Made by a program: the position numbers and the translations under genes
The notes under the pieces: generated by a model
Database searches by the model: none
Seen by the model: the letters and a program-made list of their open reading frames with translations, nothing else
Told to the model about the DNA's origin: nothing
Assembly: GCF_037042905.1 (NCBI RefSeq)
Contig: NW_026974140.1
Span: 19,468,001-19,532,000, forward strand
Origin: Lytechinus pictus
Lineage: Eukaryota
DNA length: 64,000 nucleotides
Direction: 5' to 3'
In this document: positions 62,931-64,000 of the stretch, one piece after another
Layout: every line of letters begins with the position of its first letter
Numbering within the stretch: position 1 is the stretch's first letter

Positions 62931-64000
62931 GTAATAAACCCTCCCATAAATTGGTTGTCAAAGTTTAAGTCTTGCTTACTGCTAATCAGATAACTGAGAG
63001 CCACATACTCTATTCTTCATCCATGTATCATGTGTATACCAATAAACTCTTTCCAACATTGGGTATGAGTATTTAAAACTATTCCTGGTAATAAACTCTC
63101 TTTTTATCAATAATAAAAGGTTTTATTGGTGCTAGAAAAGGAACAGAGTACATGGATTAGATCGGATTTCTTTATACATGAATAGAGCAAGTGAAATTGC
63201 TTGGGATAAAATCATTGATCATGTTGTCATATCTTGTATCATGATTATGTATTCCTCCATTGCTTCAGTAAGGAAACCAATCACATCTTGTACTTAATAA
63301 GTGAAGGTTTGGTAAAAAATACGTTGTATAACCGTTTTGAAAGTTGCACTAAAAATAGAGAGCACTTTTATATTTTGTTGAAAATTATTTTAAAATCATT
63401 ACTGCAAATTCAATCCTCTGGTATTTTATACTTTAAAGAAGGATTAACTCCCTAAAGGACAAAATTAAAAAAGATTGATGAAGCTGTAGGCAAGCATTTC
63501 AACTTGTATAGTATAGCTATTAATGATGAAAAGACACTCTGTTTACCTTCTTTGAAAAAAACCCCACTGAAATGATTAGTGAATAATGGTAGCGTAATTT
63601 CGGAAATCAGCATGGTAAACAGACAGTATAAACATAATATTCCTGCTTTATGGGCCTTCTTTGAAGGGAGAGTGGACCTTGCAGTCTCATGTGAGAATTT
63701 CTCTTTGTTTTACTGCATCAATTCATACATCATACACTTCATGTCCTTTTATGCTCAGTCGGTTGAATGGACTGGTGATGCATTCATAATAGAAAGCCTA
63801 GAGCTCATAAATTTGGCAGTATTGGATTGAGACACCATGCGTGTTGCTCAAGTAGATCAAACTAGAAAAATGGATCACTTAAAATAAATGATAATATCTT
63901 AATATAAAGAACAGATATCTCTCAGTAGTTTAGATGATCATTGAATTAGATTTTTTTTCATTTGTGTTTAAAAATATTTTTGTTTTGATCTACAACCCTG

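Overview
AT-rich animal genomic DNA with spliced genes and dense repeats. The repeat style (poly-G/poly-C DNA elements, many MITEs) suggests a sea urchin or other marine invertebrate; this is an inference. Three genes can be assembled by hand with GT-AG introns and consistent reading phases. (1) SAP30/SAP30L on + (4 coding exons, 2465-6938, 205 aa). (2) An MS4A/CD20-like four-pass membrane protein on - (7 coding exons, 24802-14885, 294 aa). (3) An MFSD6-like MFS transporter on - (4 coding exons, 58431-40723, 794 aa). The rest is mostly non-autonomous DNA transposons, several nested, with TIRs and target-site duplications (TSDs) of piggyBac, Tc1/mariner, hAT/P, CACTA, Harbinger, Kolobok and Sola type. 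There is also the 3' end of an R4/Dong-like retrotransposon, a 53-bp minisatellite, microsatellites and two N gaps. The most unusual item is a 411-bp repeat unit found at (TA)n tracts in tandem and inverted arrangements. It carries an internal, fully foldable 72-nt tRNA-like gene with a TCA (UGA-reading) anticodon, a short variable arm and its own Pol III terminator, in four copies. Most short ORFs in the supplied track are spurious.
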